64,000 nt of DNA from Utricularia gibba (taxonomy: Eukaryota; Plantae; Magnoliophyta): assembly GCA_002189035.1 (NCBI GenBank), contig NEEC01000020.1:868001-932000 (forward strand). The letters run 5' to 3'. A program made the position numbers and the translations under genes. Below the pieces are notes generated by a model that did not search any database, was not told where the DNA came from, and was given only the letters and a program-made list of their open reading frames with translations. Below, one piece after another: positions 51,096 through 64,000 of the stretch (positions are counted from its first letter, which is position 1; every line of letters starts with the position of its first letter).

Positions 51096-54021
51096 AATAG
51101 TAGAATTTGTGTCGCATATTTGGGTTTGTAGTTATAATGCAATGATTCTCCTATTTTACATAAATTTACGTATTCAATGCATGAATTCACTGATACACAT
51201 AATGATTCATGTATAAGTATCCAATAAATTTTTATTAAAAAGATTTTTTTAAAAAAATATAAATATTATTATTCAATAAACTCATTCAATTCTATAATTA
51301 TAATTTTATTTCATTTCACTAGTGATTGTATGAATTACCTTTTTTAATTAAGATTAAAATTATGTTATTCGCTAATTTAATTTTGATATTTCCTATATTA
51401 GATTTCTTTTTTAAACACTGATTAATATATTAATTTAATATTTTTTTATTAATAATGATATTTAAAAGTTCATATATCAAGTTAATTTATTTGTTATTAT
51501 ATAATTTTATTTTAAACTTTACGTATTTTTAATAAATAATTTATATTTTAAATGTAGATTCATCTGAGTTTCATGAATCTCCATATTACTATCCGTGTTC
51601 CTCCAAATCCGTGAATCATAGGCTTGTAGCTATGAATCATAAAAAGTTTTTAATAAAATAATTTTAAAAAAATTCAATATTTAATATAAAAATAAAAAAG
51701 TCAAAATCCATACATAACCCAATGTACGTGCAGGCATTCGGAGATATTTATGCAAATGGCTATGAATGAGTTGTCATTTATATTTTTTATTCTTGAAATA
51801 GTAAGCTAGTGGTTCTATAGAATAGAACTATTTTTAATTTTCCAAAACAAAAAAAAATCATTCATATACCATTTACTAATTTTTATTTTTAATTCTCAGT
51901 TAACAAAATTCCTGTCAATAATGCTTTTCCTTTTCTTTTCTATTTTAATTTATTTCTCCAAATTATTTTTCTATTTTTTTGCTTCTATCAGGTAGTTAAA
52001 ATATAATTACATTTATAGGAAGATATTCTAAAACAAGCTTTGTAGAGACATATGGCAAGCTTAGAAGATATTGAAAGTTTAAATAATAAATTTATGTTAT
52101 TAAATGATGTATTTTTTTTGTTAGATATACATTTTTTTATTTGATTAAAACTATTTTGATCATTTACATTTAAGTTTCTAATTGACTGAATTCTATTTTT
52201 TTTCCAGGATAAAAATCAAAATAGATAATCTTTGGACACATGCATGCCTGATAAGGCCCCCCTATAGTAAATGTGACTCATGAGATCTAATAGGCCCTAC
52301 ATGATAAGATCTCATTGATGGTATATGGTAAGACTTAATGAGTGGATAATTTAGAAATCTATCTATTTCAACTCATGCCATATACAAATCTACCCATCAT
52401 TTTTCTATCATATTTATAATATATATTTTAGTGTTGTTGATAAAATGCCATTTTTAGAACTTTTGGTTGATAAATACCACATTTCACTTTTTAGATTTTT
52501 ACTAATTCCAATGCATCAAAATTGGAAAAGAAAAAGTTTTATGAATAAAAAATGGTTTTTGTTAAAAATACCAAAAAATTGATATCATGAATAAAGATTT
52601 GTATATTAAACTTCTACCTTCTTCAATATGACAAATCTTCATATAAAATTTGTATTTTATCATAGTAAAAATTTAATAAAAATTTTCACAACTTCCATGC
52701 ACCTTTTATCATTTTATTGTAAATATTATAATTTATTTGTAATTGTAAAGTATTTTTACATCAGAATAAACTATTCTAATCAAAATTTAAGTAAAAAATA
52801 CTTATATTTAAAAAATGGTTTTAAAATAATTAATTCATTAAATTATTCTCCAATTATGTGAATGACATTTCCAATTATATTTAAATTATTATTTTTAATT
52901 GTATAATGATAAAAATAAATGAACAATCAAATAAAAATTAAAATATAGCAATTTTACATCTCCTGAAACAAAATTTAAAATAAAAATACTTTTCACATCA
53001 TTTTTACAATTATATATACATATTTTAATAAAATCTTGTTAAATTAAAAATATTATTTTATAAATAAAAGTGAAATATATAAACCAAAATTTTTAAAATG
53101 CTCTTTTATAAACTGAATTAAAATATACGTTATGAATATGATTTAGGGTTTAGGGTTGAAAATACGAGTGTTAATTAAAAATTAAAAATTAGATTAAATA
53201 TTGAAAATAAAATAGTGAGATAGAAATATAATGAAGAATAAATAAATATGATAAATGTGAGATGAAAGAGGAGAGAGGGTAGGTAGGTTTATAGGTAAAA
53301 TGGAGAACTTGGTAGATGTGTAAATAACCCTAATTACCCTTGCCACATGACTCTCAAAGCTGACAGATGCCCGTGAATCGCAAAGCAGCGGCCTTCCAAC
53401 ATAACGAGAAGGCCTTTAGGGGCAGCACAACGTGCAGGTGGGCAGTTGAGCGATCCAATCATCATGAAATAAAGATTTTACTTAGTGTGTTCTTCTAGTA
53501 ATGATTACATACTAAGATTGTAGAAAAACGGACACTTTTGAAAAGTAATCATCTTGACATTCTCTATCACATACTAAGATCAAAATTTTATATATAGAGT
53601 GGTTGTTTTTCACACACATTAATAATAGGATGATTACTTTTCAAATTTAGCCATAGAAAAATTGTAGTAGCAAAATAAGAGAAAAACTAACAACAAAGTA
53701 GAGCACATCGACCCCAAATTGATGTCCTTGAGAAAAATATAGCTGCTAGCATTCTTGTAATCTAAATCACTACAAAACAAGCATCTACAAGAAAGGATTT
53801 GCAGAAAACTGGATGTGTAAACTTGAAGGCTTATTGTTTTTGAACTAATTACATTCATATTTATATAGGAAAATTGTAACCGTTAACTTTATAGAAGAAG
53901 CCGTTGTCTTGTCTCCATATCCTTAACTTCAGTGGATATGGGCTTCTCTCAATGGGCCGAGATTGTCTATCCATCATCTTGATACTCTGCACTTGACTGG
54001 AGCCCAAACAATCAAGCTCAG

Positions 54022-54629
54022 TGTTATGGTCAGAAATCAATAATGTTAAGGAAAGCTGATTTCCGAGTTATAGGGCCGAATCGATGGGGTCCAAGTTATT
54101 ATGCTTGGGTATTATGGGTTGTAATATTGATGGAAAAGATTAATGAGACACAGAGTTTTACATGGAAACCATCGAGTGACAGAAAAACCATGGAACTGAT
54201 GGAGCTCGCCGGAAAATGAAATCCACTAACGAAAGATAAGGGAAGAACACAAGTAGAATATTGAGAGATCAACCCCCTCTTTTTCTAACTTCATGATATT
54301 TATAGGGAGAGCTGATCTGACTGAATTCTACGTGGGTTGGCTACTTTCTGCACCAGGTGATTGTACCTATGATTCTAGTGACAGATAACCACCGAATGCT
54401 CTTTCATTCCTGCGGTTCGACTGCTTTCAGACTATCAATACAGCCGCCGCTGGCCGACTCTGATAGTTATCAGTCTGTCGGCTTGCAGCAGACTGTCAGG
54501 ATAGATCAAAGATCTTTTTCAACTGATTTTGTCCAAGAGAGAAGCCGATTTTTAACCCCTGATTTATCGATTCATAGTGACGTCTTCCTTTTGCTTCCAC
54601 GTGGCCTATGCTGATTTAGAGTCCTATCA
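54022..54629 (-). mobile_element. Solo LTR (608 bp) inserted in the presumed 3' LTR of the old Copia
   Basis: TGTTA...TATCA ends with flanks CTCAG (54017-21) and CTCGG (54630-34), a 5-bp TSD with 1 mismatch. A TATA-like CCTATAAATA on the minus strand at ~54298-54307 suggests the orientation. Confidence 0.7.
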
Positions 54630-57600
54630 CTCGGGTTCTTGAACGAGAGCGTCGTCTTCCCCTCTTTGTTCACATTCTTACTATGAATCTCTCCGGTTTC
54701 TAGATCTTGAGTCAATTAGTGTTTCATGGAAACCTTAATTGGATCATAATCTTCTAAAATTCCTCCTTGATGATCCAATTGAGTGTTTTCTTCGATTTCC
54801 AAAGAATTCCTCCTCAACCCTAACATCTCTCGTACCTTGCAGAAATTGACTAAGAAGAGACATTTTGTTAAAATATCCATTGCTTGCTTCTATGCTAGTA
54901 TGCACTCTAACTAAATTGATGACTCTTTCACGTACTCTCGAAGGACATGATATTTTACCTTTATATGGTTAGTGTACCCCAATGATCTTGAGGATTATTA
55001 GCTTGTCGATATTGATGCATAGATCTTCAAAAATTTTGATTAACCATTGTGCGTAATTTGCAATAGCAGCACCAACCATGTACTCAACTTCAGTCAAAGA
55101 CTAGGCGATGGAGTTTTGCTTTTTGTTGTTCCAGGTGAAGGTTGCTGATCCTAAATGAAATAGGTACCTAGTAGTCGAACTACAAAGTTGGAATCCATGA
55201 AGCCTTGTAGAGAAGGGTTAGTTCATGTTTTAAAGTATAATCTGAGTGTAGAGGTTAAGGTACTTGATAATTTTTTTTTGCAACCTCCATGTGTATATGA
55301 TATGGTTTATGCATGAATCCAAAGAAATAAGATACTGCAAATGTGATGTCAGGTCGAGTGGCAGTTAGATATAGCAGTGCACCAATGAGTCGTTGATACT
55401 CCTATGGGTTAGGATATTCATTCTCTGCAATTTTATGTTTCTATTTGATCTTTGAAGGGAATTGAACCGAGCCTTCTTTTGCTCCTTGAAGACCATATTT
55501 AATAAGTAGGTCTTTGATATATATTTTTTGATTTACAATGATGTAATCATTGCCTTGCAGGATCTCCATACTGAGAAAATATCTAGTTAGACCAAGATCC
55601 ACAAGTTCGAAGCAGGATTTCAGTAAGGTCTTTTGTGCTTCAATGACGTTAGGATTATTGTCTGTTATCATAATGTTATCAATGTGTAGAGAGATAATAA
55701 CCTTGCCTACTGTTGAGTCGAGTACATACAATGTAGTGTCGTTTTTGCTCCTGGTATAGTTGAGTTGGATAAAATAGAAATCAATAGTCGAATACCATTC
55801 ATTGGGCACTTGTTTCAATCCATAAAGTGCCTTTTTTTAATTTAAGAAATTTTTTATTCCCATCTTTGATTTCATAACCGAGAGGAGGATGGATATATAT
55901 CTCCTCGGATAATTCACCATTGAGAAACACATATTTGATATCCAAGTGATGAAGTTTCCAATTATAGCAAGTGAACAAGGCTATGATCAATTTGATGGTG
56001 TCAAACCGAGCCACAGGGGAAAAAGTCTCACAATAATCTATCCCTGCCTGTTGAAGATATCATTTGGCTACAATGTGGTACTTGAATCTATTGTGAATAC
56101 CATTTGCATTTAACTTTTCCTTGTATATCCATTTCAGATTTAGAACTTTGGCTACTTCAGGTTTGTCTACCACCTCCATACATTATGAGCATGAATAGAG
56201 TTGAGTTACTCTTCCATCGATTTCTTCCATTTAGGTAATTTCATGATATCAATAGCACGTTGTCCTTCAAGCATTAGATGAGTACAACTAATGATATCAT
56301 TGATAGATCGATATTTCTAGATTAGGGGTATATTAGAGTCACTGAGGTAATCCTAATTATCACTTAGACCGTTGCTTTGAAAGTGATGGATATGACTATC
56401 ATCAGATTCATAGTCATGAGGAGTAGCTTGCATATATTCTTTTGTCACTACTGAGAGTAGTCTAGGCACAAACCCAATGAGAGGTATGCCTCTTGTATTT
56501 ACAATAGTATTAGAACTGGATTTGGCTTCTGAGTTTGAGATATCTATAGGTTCTCAGCTACTTCTTGGTTCATACACTGAAGTTGATGTGTGGTCGTTTG
56601 CTAAGTCCTCATGAGCTTCATGCATGCGGAGAGGAGATCCTAGTATGTCTAGGGTTCTTAAGGTGCTTACTAGTAGGAAGTTATGAGGAGTCTTTTCTGA
56701 TACAACTGTGTTTTCTATAGGATTTGTGCTAAGAAGCGGCGGAGCATCCAAATGTTCAGATGTATCCCATTCTGCACAAAGTCTTCTTGATTTATCAGTG
56801 GTATTTGCTGGCTCCACCATTCTAGATTGGTTTTGTATAGTGTATAGTTACGGGTATACCCAACATGAGTAGCTGTGACATTATCATTAGTACATATAGC
56901 TGTGGAATGTGAAGATGAGTTTGACGAGCTCACAATATTCTGAGAAATCTTACTATAGGTTTCTTGCTTGGAGAACATATTGAAGACGTTTATGATTGGA
57001 GCGATTGACTGAGACTAAGAGGTCAGATCTTTCCAATCAAAACTTTTACCTTCATCTACGACAATGTCTCTACTGATTTCCATCTTGTTTGGGGTAAAAT
57101 TTAAGACTCGATATGCTTTTCTTGTGTCAGAGTAGCCCAAAAATATTCCTACATCTGATTTTTTGTCTAGCTTGATATGAAGTTCTTTAGGCTTGAGTAT
57201 ATGATAGATAGATACGAAAATTCTGAAGTGCTCCAAATCAGGTTTTTTGTTGAGCTTGAGTTCACAAGGTGATTTCCCTACTGTTGTGCCTTTAGATGGT
57301 AAACAATTGAGAATATATACTTCAGTGTTGACTGCTTCACCCTAAAACATAAGAAGCAGATTCTTCTCATATAAGAGACATTGTGTCATATTCATGATAC
57401 TACGGTTTTTCCTCTCAAAGGTACCATTCTATTGCAGGGTATACGGAGCAGTGAGTTGGTGAATGATTCCATGGGTTTCACAAAGATTTTTTAGAACTAT
57501 AGATGAGTATTCACCTCCATTGTCAGATCTCGAGGTGAGTATTTTCCTACTACTCATGAGCTTCTGCCATAACCTTAAATATTGCAAAGTAGTGTAGAAC

Positions 57601-57948
57601 CTCTTATTTTCATTTGAGTAGATATATCCATGTATATTTGGAAAACTCATCAATGAATAAGACATAGTATCTATTTCCCCCGTTTGATGCTACATTCATT
57701 GGTCCATATACATCTGTGACTACTAGATTTATTTTGTGAGTATTAGATGAGCCATTTCGCGGGAAAGGTTTTCTAACCTGCTTGCATTGAAGGCATATAT
57801 TACATAACTTATCATGATAGGTAAGGTGAGATATATCTTCGGCTAGGTCTCAGTCCTTTAAGGTGTTTATAGAGCCATAGTGGTGATGTCTGAGTCTTCT
57901 GTGCCACAGGTCAGATTTTAGGGTAGCCATCATACAAATAGAGGATTG

Positions 57949-58134
57949 TAAACAAAATAGAGAATGTACGAAACAAAACAGCGTTCTTCTGTAACAAACT
58001 CAAACAAAATAGAAAATCACAACCAGTATTTAAAGCAACAAATTAAAGCAATCGGGTCTCATAGTCGGGTCATTTTGAAACGGGTCCTTCTTCTCCATCC
58101 AGTCCACGTAACCCAATAGCAGCTGTTCTCTTCA
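57949..58134 (-). repeat. 3' LTR of the inner Copia (186 bp)
   Basis: Direct repeat of 62678-62863; 14 mismatches counted by eye, no indels (~92.5% identity). Confidence 0.93.
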
Positions 58135-61100
58135 CCCCCTCCTCAAGCGAGTGTGAGAGAGACCGCAGCCCGAGCTTGCCAACTATGGTGATGAAGGGTA
58201 AGGAGTCTAACGCTTTGGTGAAAATATCAGCCAGTTGCTGTTTAGTGGGAGTATAGATCGGAAGGAGAAAACCGAGCTTGTACTGATCCCGAACAACATG
58301 GCAGTCTATTTCGATGTGTTTGGTCCTCTCGTGGAAAACCGGATTGGCCGTGATATGTATCGCAGACTGGTTGTCGCACTGCAGGGGAATAGGAGTAGAA
58401 AATGATTCACGTAAGTCCCGTAAGAGATATGAGACCCAGAGAAGCTCCATAGTAGTCACGACCATACTTCTATACTCAAGTTCGGCGGACGAGCGAGAAG
58501 CCAGGCTCTGCTTCTTAGTTTTCCAGGAAATCAAGCAATTACCATAGAAGATGCAAAAACCAGTTACTGACCTTCGAGTGGTAGTGCAAGCCCCTCAATC
58601 AGCATCACAGTACGCCTCAAGAGAAGGCTTGGCTACATAGGGATAAAACAGCCCGAGTGACCTAGTATGGGAAAGATAGCTCAAGAGATGTTTCACTGCA
58701 ATCCAATGCTCCAAACCTAGGCAGTGCACAAATTAGGACAGCTGCTAGACGACAAAGGTGATATCAGGGCGAGCAAAATTCAGATAGAGCAATCTGCCCA
58801 CAATAGCACGATACTCATCAATATTGATGGCATCACCGAGTCCCTGATCAGAAAACTTGAAACTACGCGGCATAGGAGTGACCATAGAGGAGGATAGCAT
58901 GGAGGCCAGAGGCTGCAAGAAAATCAGAGATGTAGCGTCACTGAGACAAGAACATACCATCAGAAGCCCTTGTCAATTCAATCCCTAAAAAGAATTGGGC
59001 AACACCAAGATCTTTAATAGTGAATCTGTGATGCAAAGCTGCCTTTAATTGCGTAATATCATCCAACGAAGACCCAGCGAGCAGAATATCGTCCACATAA
59101 ACAAGGATCACCATAATAGAAGTCAAGTGACGGCGCACAAAGAAGCACGCATCAGAAGGACACTGAACGAAGTTTAAACCCAACAGAAATTTACTGATCT
59201 CAAGATTCCACTGGCGTGATGCCTGTTTGAAACCGTATAAAGATTTTTGAAGGAGGCAAACTTCTCCTTGCTTACAGGCATAGTCGTTCGGGGGATCCAT
59301 GTAAATTTCTTCATCAAGAAAACCATGAAGAAAGACGTTTTTAATGTCCACCTGATGAAGGCACCAAGAGTGCTTGATAGACAATGCGAATAGTAAGCGA
59401 ATGGAAGTGGCCTTCGTGACAAGAGTGAAACCCTTTGGCTACCATACGTGCCTTAAATTGTTCTAGCCGTCCATCAGGAAGTCACTTGATTTTATATACC
59501 CATTTGCAACCGATGGCACGTTTCCCAGTAGGTAAGGGGACAATCTTCCAGGTCCCATTACGCTCAAGAGCCTAGACTTGTTGAGACATTGCAGTGCACC
59601 AATGCAGATGTTGGGATGCCTCTCGGCAAGTTTGAGGTTCTGCTAGCAAGGATGGATCACCCAGATCGAGAATGTCCACGTGGTAGGCATGAAAGTCATG
59701 CAGCCACGTAGGTGGGAGCCGGGCCCGCTGACTCCAACGGAGAACAGGGGAATCCGAATCTGGCAACTCAGCAGTTGCATCAATGATGGCTGCCGGAAGT
59801 TCGGCTATGATAGGACGCTCTAGAGAACCAGACCTTGTATGCATAGGAATTGAGGACAACTCGGTTTAAGACATATCACCATCGGAAAGGATGGGCACAG
59901 GGGGCTCATAAGGGAAGGAAGAGTCCCCTGTTGGTGCCTCATCGTCAGCAGGAAAAACTAACGGCAGGAGAACATCCAAAGAGTCCGCTGTAGATGTGTT
60001 CCCCTTAAAAGGAAAAAACACCCTCATAAAACTTCACGTCTCTAGAGACAAAGGCCTCACCAACCTCCAAATCATAGAGTTTAAATCCCTTGTGGTCCAT
60101 GGGATACCCAAGAAAAACACATTTGCGGGCATGGCGTGCAAGTTTATCTTCTTGAGCGCCCAAATTTGCTGCAAAGGCTAAACACTTGAATATTCGCATA
60201 TGATCCAGCTCGGGTGCTTTCATCATTAATGTCTCGAATGGGCTCTTCCAGTCTAGGACAGAGGAGGGTAGGCAGTTGATGATGTAAGTGGCCATAAGAA
60301 GGCTTCACCCCAAAAGGTTCTCGGCATATTGGAATGGGCTTCCAATAAGTGTCAATGCTTTCTTTCAACCCTAGCATTTTGTTGTGGCCGCTGGGTGCAA
60401 GAGTATTGGTGCTGAATACCCCTGCCATGACACAGTTTTTGTAAGGCTATGCTCATAAATTCCCCCCTTTATTAGTGCGGATGTATTTAGTAGTAAAACC
60501 GAAGTGGTTCTCGATGTAGACAAGGAAGGCCATTAAATGGTTATCCACACCAAGTTTATCGTTGAGTAAGAAAGTCTAGGTTGCCCTAGTATGGTCATCA
60601 ACGATAGTCAGAAAATATTTCATCCCATTATAAGTTTCTTGTCGATAAGGTCCCCATAAATCACAATGGAGGAGATAGAAGGCATGTGGTGCTCTAGTGC
60701 GGCTTAACGGAAAAGGGAGCGGCTGAAATCTGGAAAATTCGCATATATCACAAGGAATTCCAGACAAACCACACTTGATAGGCATGTACTTAGACTTAGA
60801 ATCAGAGATGTGTCCTAGGTGACAATGCCAAAGTAACGCCGGATCGTCCTTATGCAAGAAATCAGCAAAAAAACATAATGATGGCAGCAACACATTCACC
60901 AAGTTCCGACGCACCGTTTCTGACTTCTGATCCACTCCAGTGAAGGCTGTGAGCACACTTGGTTGGAAGGATCTCTTATCAACCACATATAAGCCATCAC
61001 GTACCCTTCCAACACCAAGAAGTCTACTTGTAACTTGGTCCTGCAGTAAGCGACAATGGCTGGAGAAAATAATTTTGATCCCTATGTCATCAGCAAGCTT

Positions 61101-62677
61101 CTTGACTGACAAGAGGTTGCATTTAAAACCAGGAACGCATAATGTATTCAAGAGTCGGATATGGCCTGAAAGCAAGATTGTTCCCACGTGATTAACAGGA
61201 ATAGACTGGCCATTAGGAAGAATAACACGCAAGCTGGCCACCTATTGAAGATTATCAAACAAGTTTTTCGAACAACAAATATGTGTGATTGCACCTGAAT
61301 CAATTATCCATTCCCAAGTGTTGCAAATAAAATGCTCATTAGTATTATTAGTCATCTCTGATGCCATCTCTAACATACCTGAGAACTCCATCTGAGAGAA
61401 ATTGGCTGATTGTGAGGGAGCAGATGTCGGCGATGGGTTAGCAGTCATCAGCTTAGTTAATTCTCGATGAATAACCTGTAGAGGATCAACACAGGTAGAG
61501 ACATAGTGAGAGTGGGGAAGTTGTTCGTCCATGAGAGTCTCAACGCAATGGACAACAGGCTTATAAACAGAGTAGGGGATCAGTGGTCTAGGCTGCACTT
61601 GCATTTGTGGATACTGAGTCCAAGACGACTGCTATTGCCCAAAAACGGATTGCTGAGATTTTCCATCCTGTTTAGTGTTCCTACCATGCTTCTTCCTCCA
61701 CCAGGGAGGAGGCTCTGTAATAGTGAAGCAGTTCTCAAGCACATGACCTTGCTTATTGCAGATATGGCAAAACCTATTGTCTCTACGCTGTCCTCGTCCA
61801 GGATGTGTTCCAAGGGCATGATCACATGCAGACTTGACCATCATCGCCGAATCTGTGTGTATGTTTATCACATCAGGTGTTGTTCTACCCATATGTTGCT
61901 CAACATTCAAAAGGACAGCATAGGCTCTAGACACAGTCATGGATTCATCCAGTGCAAGAATCTGAGTACGAACCGCATCAAATTTCGGATGCAGCCCAAG
62001 AAGAAATTGCATCAGTTTAGTTGAGCCAAAAAATTTCTCTGCATGTACTAGTGTGCAGCATATATCGCACTTCACTTTTGGAAATAGAGCATCCAATTCT
62101 TTCCAGAGAGTATTCAACTTTGTGTAGTAGTGCGCTATGCTCATATCACCCTGCTTCAGATTCTACAGATTGGACTGAACCTGATACAGTATGTTGCTGT
62201 TAATCTGTCCATAATGCAACTCAAGAGTTTTCCACAGATCATGTGAACTGGTGCATCCGGTAAAACTACTAATGAGATCCTTCGAAATGGAATTCAATAG
62301 CCAGGACGTCAACATGTAGTCATTCCGAAGCCACAGACTGTAAGACGGATCCGTCACCGGTGGCTTCGGTATCTCACCGAAGATGATACCGAGCTTATTT
62401 TTCGCACCCAAAGCCAATCGCTCTCCGCGGTGCCAATCGAAATAGTTCTTCGTATTAAGGAGTTCACTAACCAGAGAAACATTCGGGTGATCAGATCCGT
62501 TGAGATGCAAAGGATCTGCGCGATTAACATCTCCGTCAGGAAAGGCACTTAACGTCGGTAAGAGACCTATGTGCATTTGCTCCTCGGTCATGCGAGCGGG
62601 TACTCCGCCAGAAATGGACATCGCGAGATCAAGAACTCCGTTAATCGGAACGTGATTCCTCCACGCTCAACGCACCA

Positions 62678-62863
62678 TAAACAAAATAGAGAATGTACGA
62701 AACAAAATAGCGTTCGTCTGTAAAAAACTCAAACAAAAAAGAAAATCACAACCAGTATTTAAAACAACAAATTAAAGCGATCGGGTCTCATAGTCGGGTC
62801 ATTTTAAGGCATGTCCTTCTTCTCCATCCAGTTCACGTAACCCAGTAGTAGCTGTTCTCTTCA
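62678..62863 (-). repeat. 5' LTR of the inner Copia (186 bp), followed directly by the PBS (62660-62677)
   Basis: Direct repeat of 57949-58134. On the minus strand it reads TGAAGAG...TGTTTA, then TGGTGCGTTGAGCGTGGA. Confidence 0.93.
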
Positions 62864-64000
62864 GATTGTTCGGTTTGTGGTGACATGAAGAGGGGAAATA
62901 CTCGATCCACCATGGGAGATATCAATATGATGTTACCATATTCATCTTGAATTGTACATTAATAGTTTGCTAGATGTATGTTGAAATGTTTCTCAACGAG
63001 TTGTCCTGAATGTGAGGCATTAGGAACATAGTATACTTCAGTGAGTTTCAGAAGCTTATGTGTCGTCTCTATGCAGGCATACCCTTGACCTTTGACATGT
63101 ATGTTTTTATCGTCTGCTACTTGAATGTATTTATTCTGCAGGGGTGAGAAGCTAGAAAAGAGAGCATGGTGATGACTACACCGATTGTCTACCAACTAGA
63201 CGCTCTGTTTTCGTAGATCGGTGAATGAGTTGAGCAAGGTACTTTTGCACACAAAGTAGAGTTCAATAACATTTTTATTAAAAGCATCAGACAGAGTTAC
63301 ATCTTTCACTTTTCCAGTGAGCTTTTTGACATTTTTTGCAGATTTTCCTCCTAGAAGATGATACTTCTTCAATGGGCAGACTTTCTCCAAGTGTCTAGAC
63401 AATTTGTAGTAGGCACAGATAGATTCCAGGTGCCGTCAACAAGTAGAATGTAACTTGTTCTTTTGCTTGCAGAAAGGACACTGGGAGTTAGTCCTGTCTG
63501 AGTTGATTGGGATGAGCATAGCTTGTGCCAGATCTATTGATTGGCTCTTGAGCTTTGAATGCAAACTCAAAAGTATTTTGTTGCTCATAATTATGCTATC
63601 TCATTTCAATGCCTTTGAGACCCTCTATGACTTGCTTAGGTGTCATGATGTGGATGCTTCTATCGAAGATAGAGGCATTGATAGTCGACGCATATTAAGC
63701 CGAGACAGTGATGATGATCTTCATTTGGATTTGGTTGTCATCAACCACTTCACCAAGTTGTTTGAGACTGTTGACCACTTTGGTGATCGGCAAAGCTGAG
63801 ATGCTTTGCTGAGGTAACATCTTAATGTTTTCAAACACTTGCCATTTCAACGTCGTTTCCAAAACCATGGTTTGTTGATTTTTTCCATAGACTTCTGCTA
63901 ACACGTTCCATCCTAAGGTGACGAGCAATTGTTGATTAAGTCGTAGGCATCGTCCACGGTAGCTTGGTTTAGCAGAGATTGTGCTTTGTTGACTTTGTTT

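Larger units (their letters stand above)
57949..62863 (-). mobile_element. Full-length Ty1/copia element (Ale/Retrofit-like, 4915 bp) with 186-bp LTRs, TG..TA ends and a tRNA-Phe PBS; coding region disrupted
   Basis: Perfect TSD GATTG (57944-48, 62864-68). gag DPLHLNGSDHP..LALGAKNKLG..SWLLNSISKDL, zinc knuckle CHICNKQGHVLENC, protease WIIDSGA, integrase LLHCDLWGPY, RT QVDIKNVFLHG..YGFKQASRQW..LVYVDDIL, RNase H CDNQSAIHITANPVFHERTKHIEIDCH. PPT at 58135-58144. Confidence 0.95.
53660..64000 (-). mobile_element. Old degenerate Ty1/copia element (Ivana/Oryco-like RT), host of two nested insertions; its 5' end lies beyond the window
   Basis: gag at 63695-63928 (VNSLKQLGEVVDDNQI), protease-like DNRCSHH ~63180, gag-pre-integrase LWHRRL at ~57900, integrase SDNGGEY (57429-57665), RT ARFDTIKLIIAL..HLDIKYVFLNGEL (55799-56014), RNase H to ~54780, PPT-like AAGGAGGAA at 54760-68. 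The left boundary (end of the 3' LTR) is approximate. Confidence 0.85.

Noticed and set aside
53143-53157. TTTAGGGTTTAGGGT as an interstitial telomere
   Set aside because: Only two units are present; isolated telo-box motifs are common in plant intergenic DNA.
53537-53645. 17-bp perfect inverted repeat (TTTGAAAAGTAATCATC) around a ~75-bp spacer, as a MITE or miRNA hairpin
   Set aside because: No TSD was identified and the spacer does not pair. It is too short and AT-rich to support either call.
58070-58150. RNase H ORF reading through the PPT into the LTR as an extra env-like extension
   Set aside because: The extension is only ~25 aa. Pol ORFs ending inside the 3' LTR are ordinary for compact Copia elements.

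Overview
This is a 64 kb window of an angiosperm nuclear genome with AT-rich spacers and short GT-AG introns; the species was not determined. Six host genes were reconstructed by hand: ABI3/VP1 (-), a TRM/LONGIFOLIA-family DUF3741-DUF4378 gene (-), an IAA10-13-type Aux/IAA (-), a WIYLD-SET SUVR1/2/4-type gene (+), a CesA4-type cellulose synthase (+) and a long-chain fatty alcohol oxidase (-). Transposons include a hAT relic split by a MITE, several Tourist-like MITEs, two solo LTRs with TSDs and a nested Copia-in-Copia at the right end. The most unusual object is a complete 8.9 kb Mutator-like element (2321-11234, TIRs plus 10-bp TSD) inserted just downstream of ABI3. Besides its MuDR transposase it carries a divergently transcribed, spliced second gene that fuses a gypsy-associated 'Transposase_28'-like domain to an FCP1/NIF-type HAD phosphatase domain. 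It also has three tandem arrays sharing a TTACAGTKA core and two adjacent palindromes between the two genes. Apparent single-base frameshifts occur in ABI3 and SUVR. The inner Copia has non-canonical TG..TA ends and a tRNA-Phe primer-binding site. All domain and family assignments come from manual translation compared with remembered consensus motifs; no database search was run.
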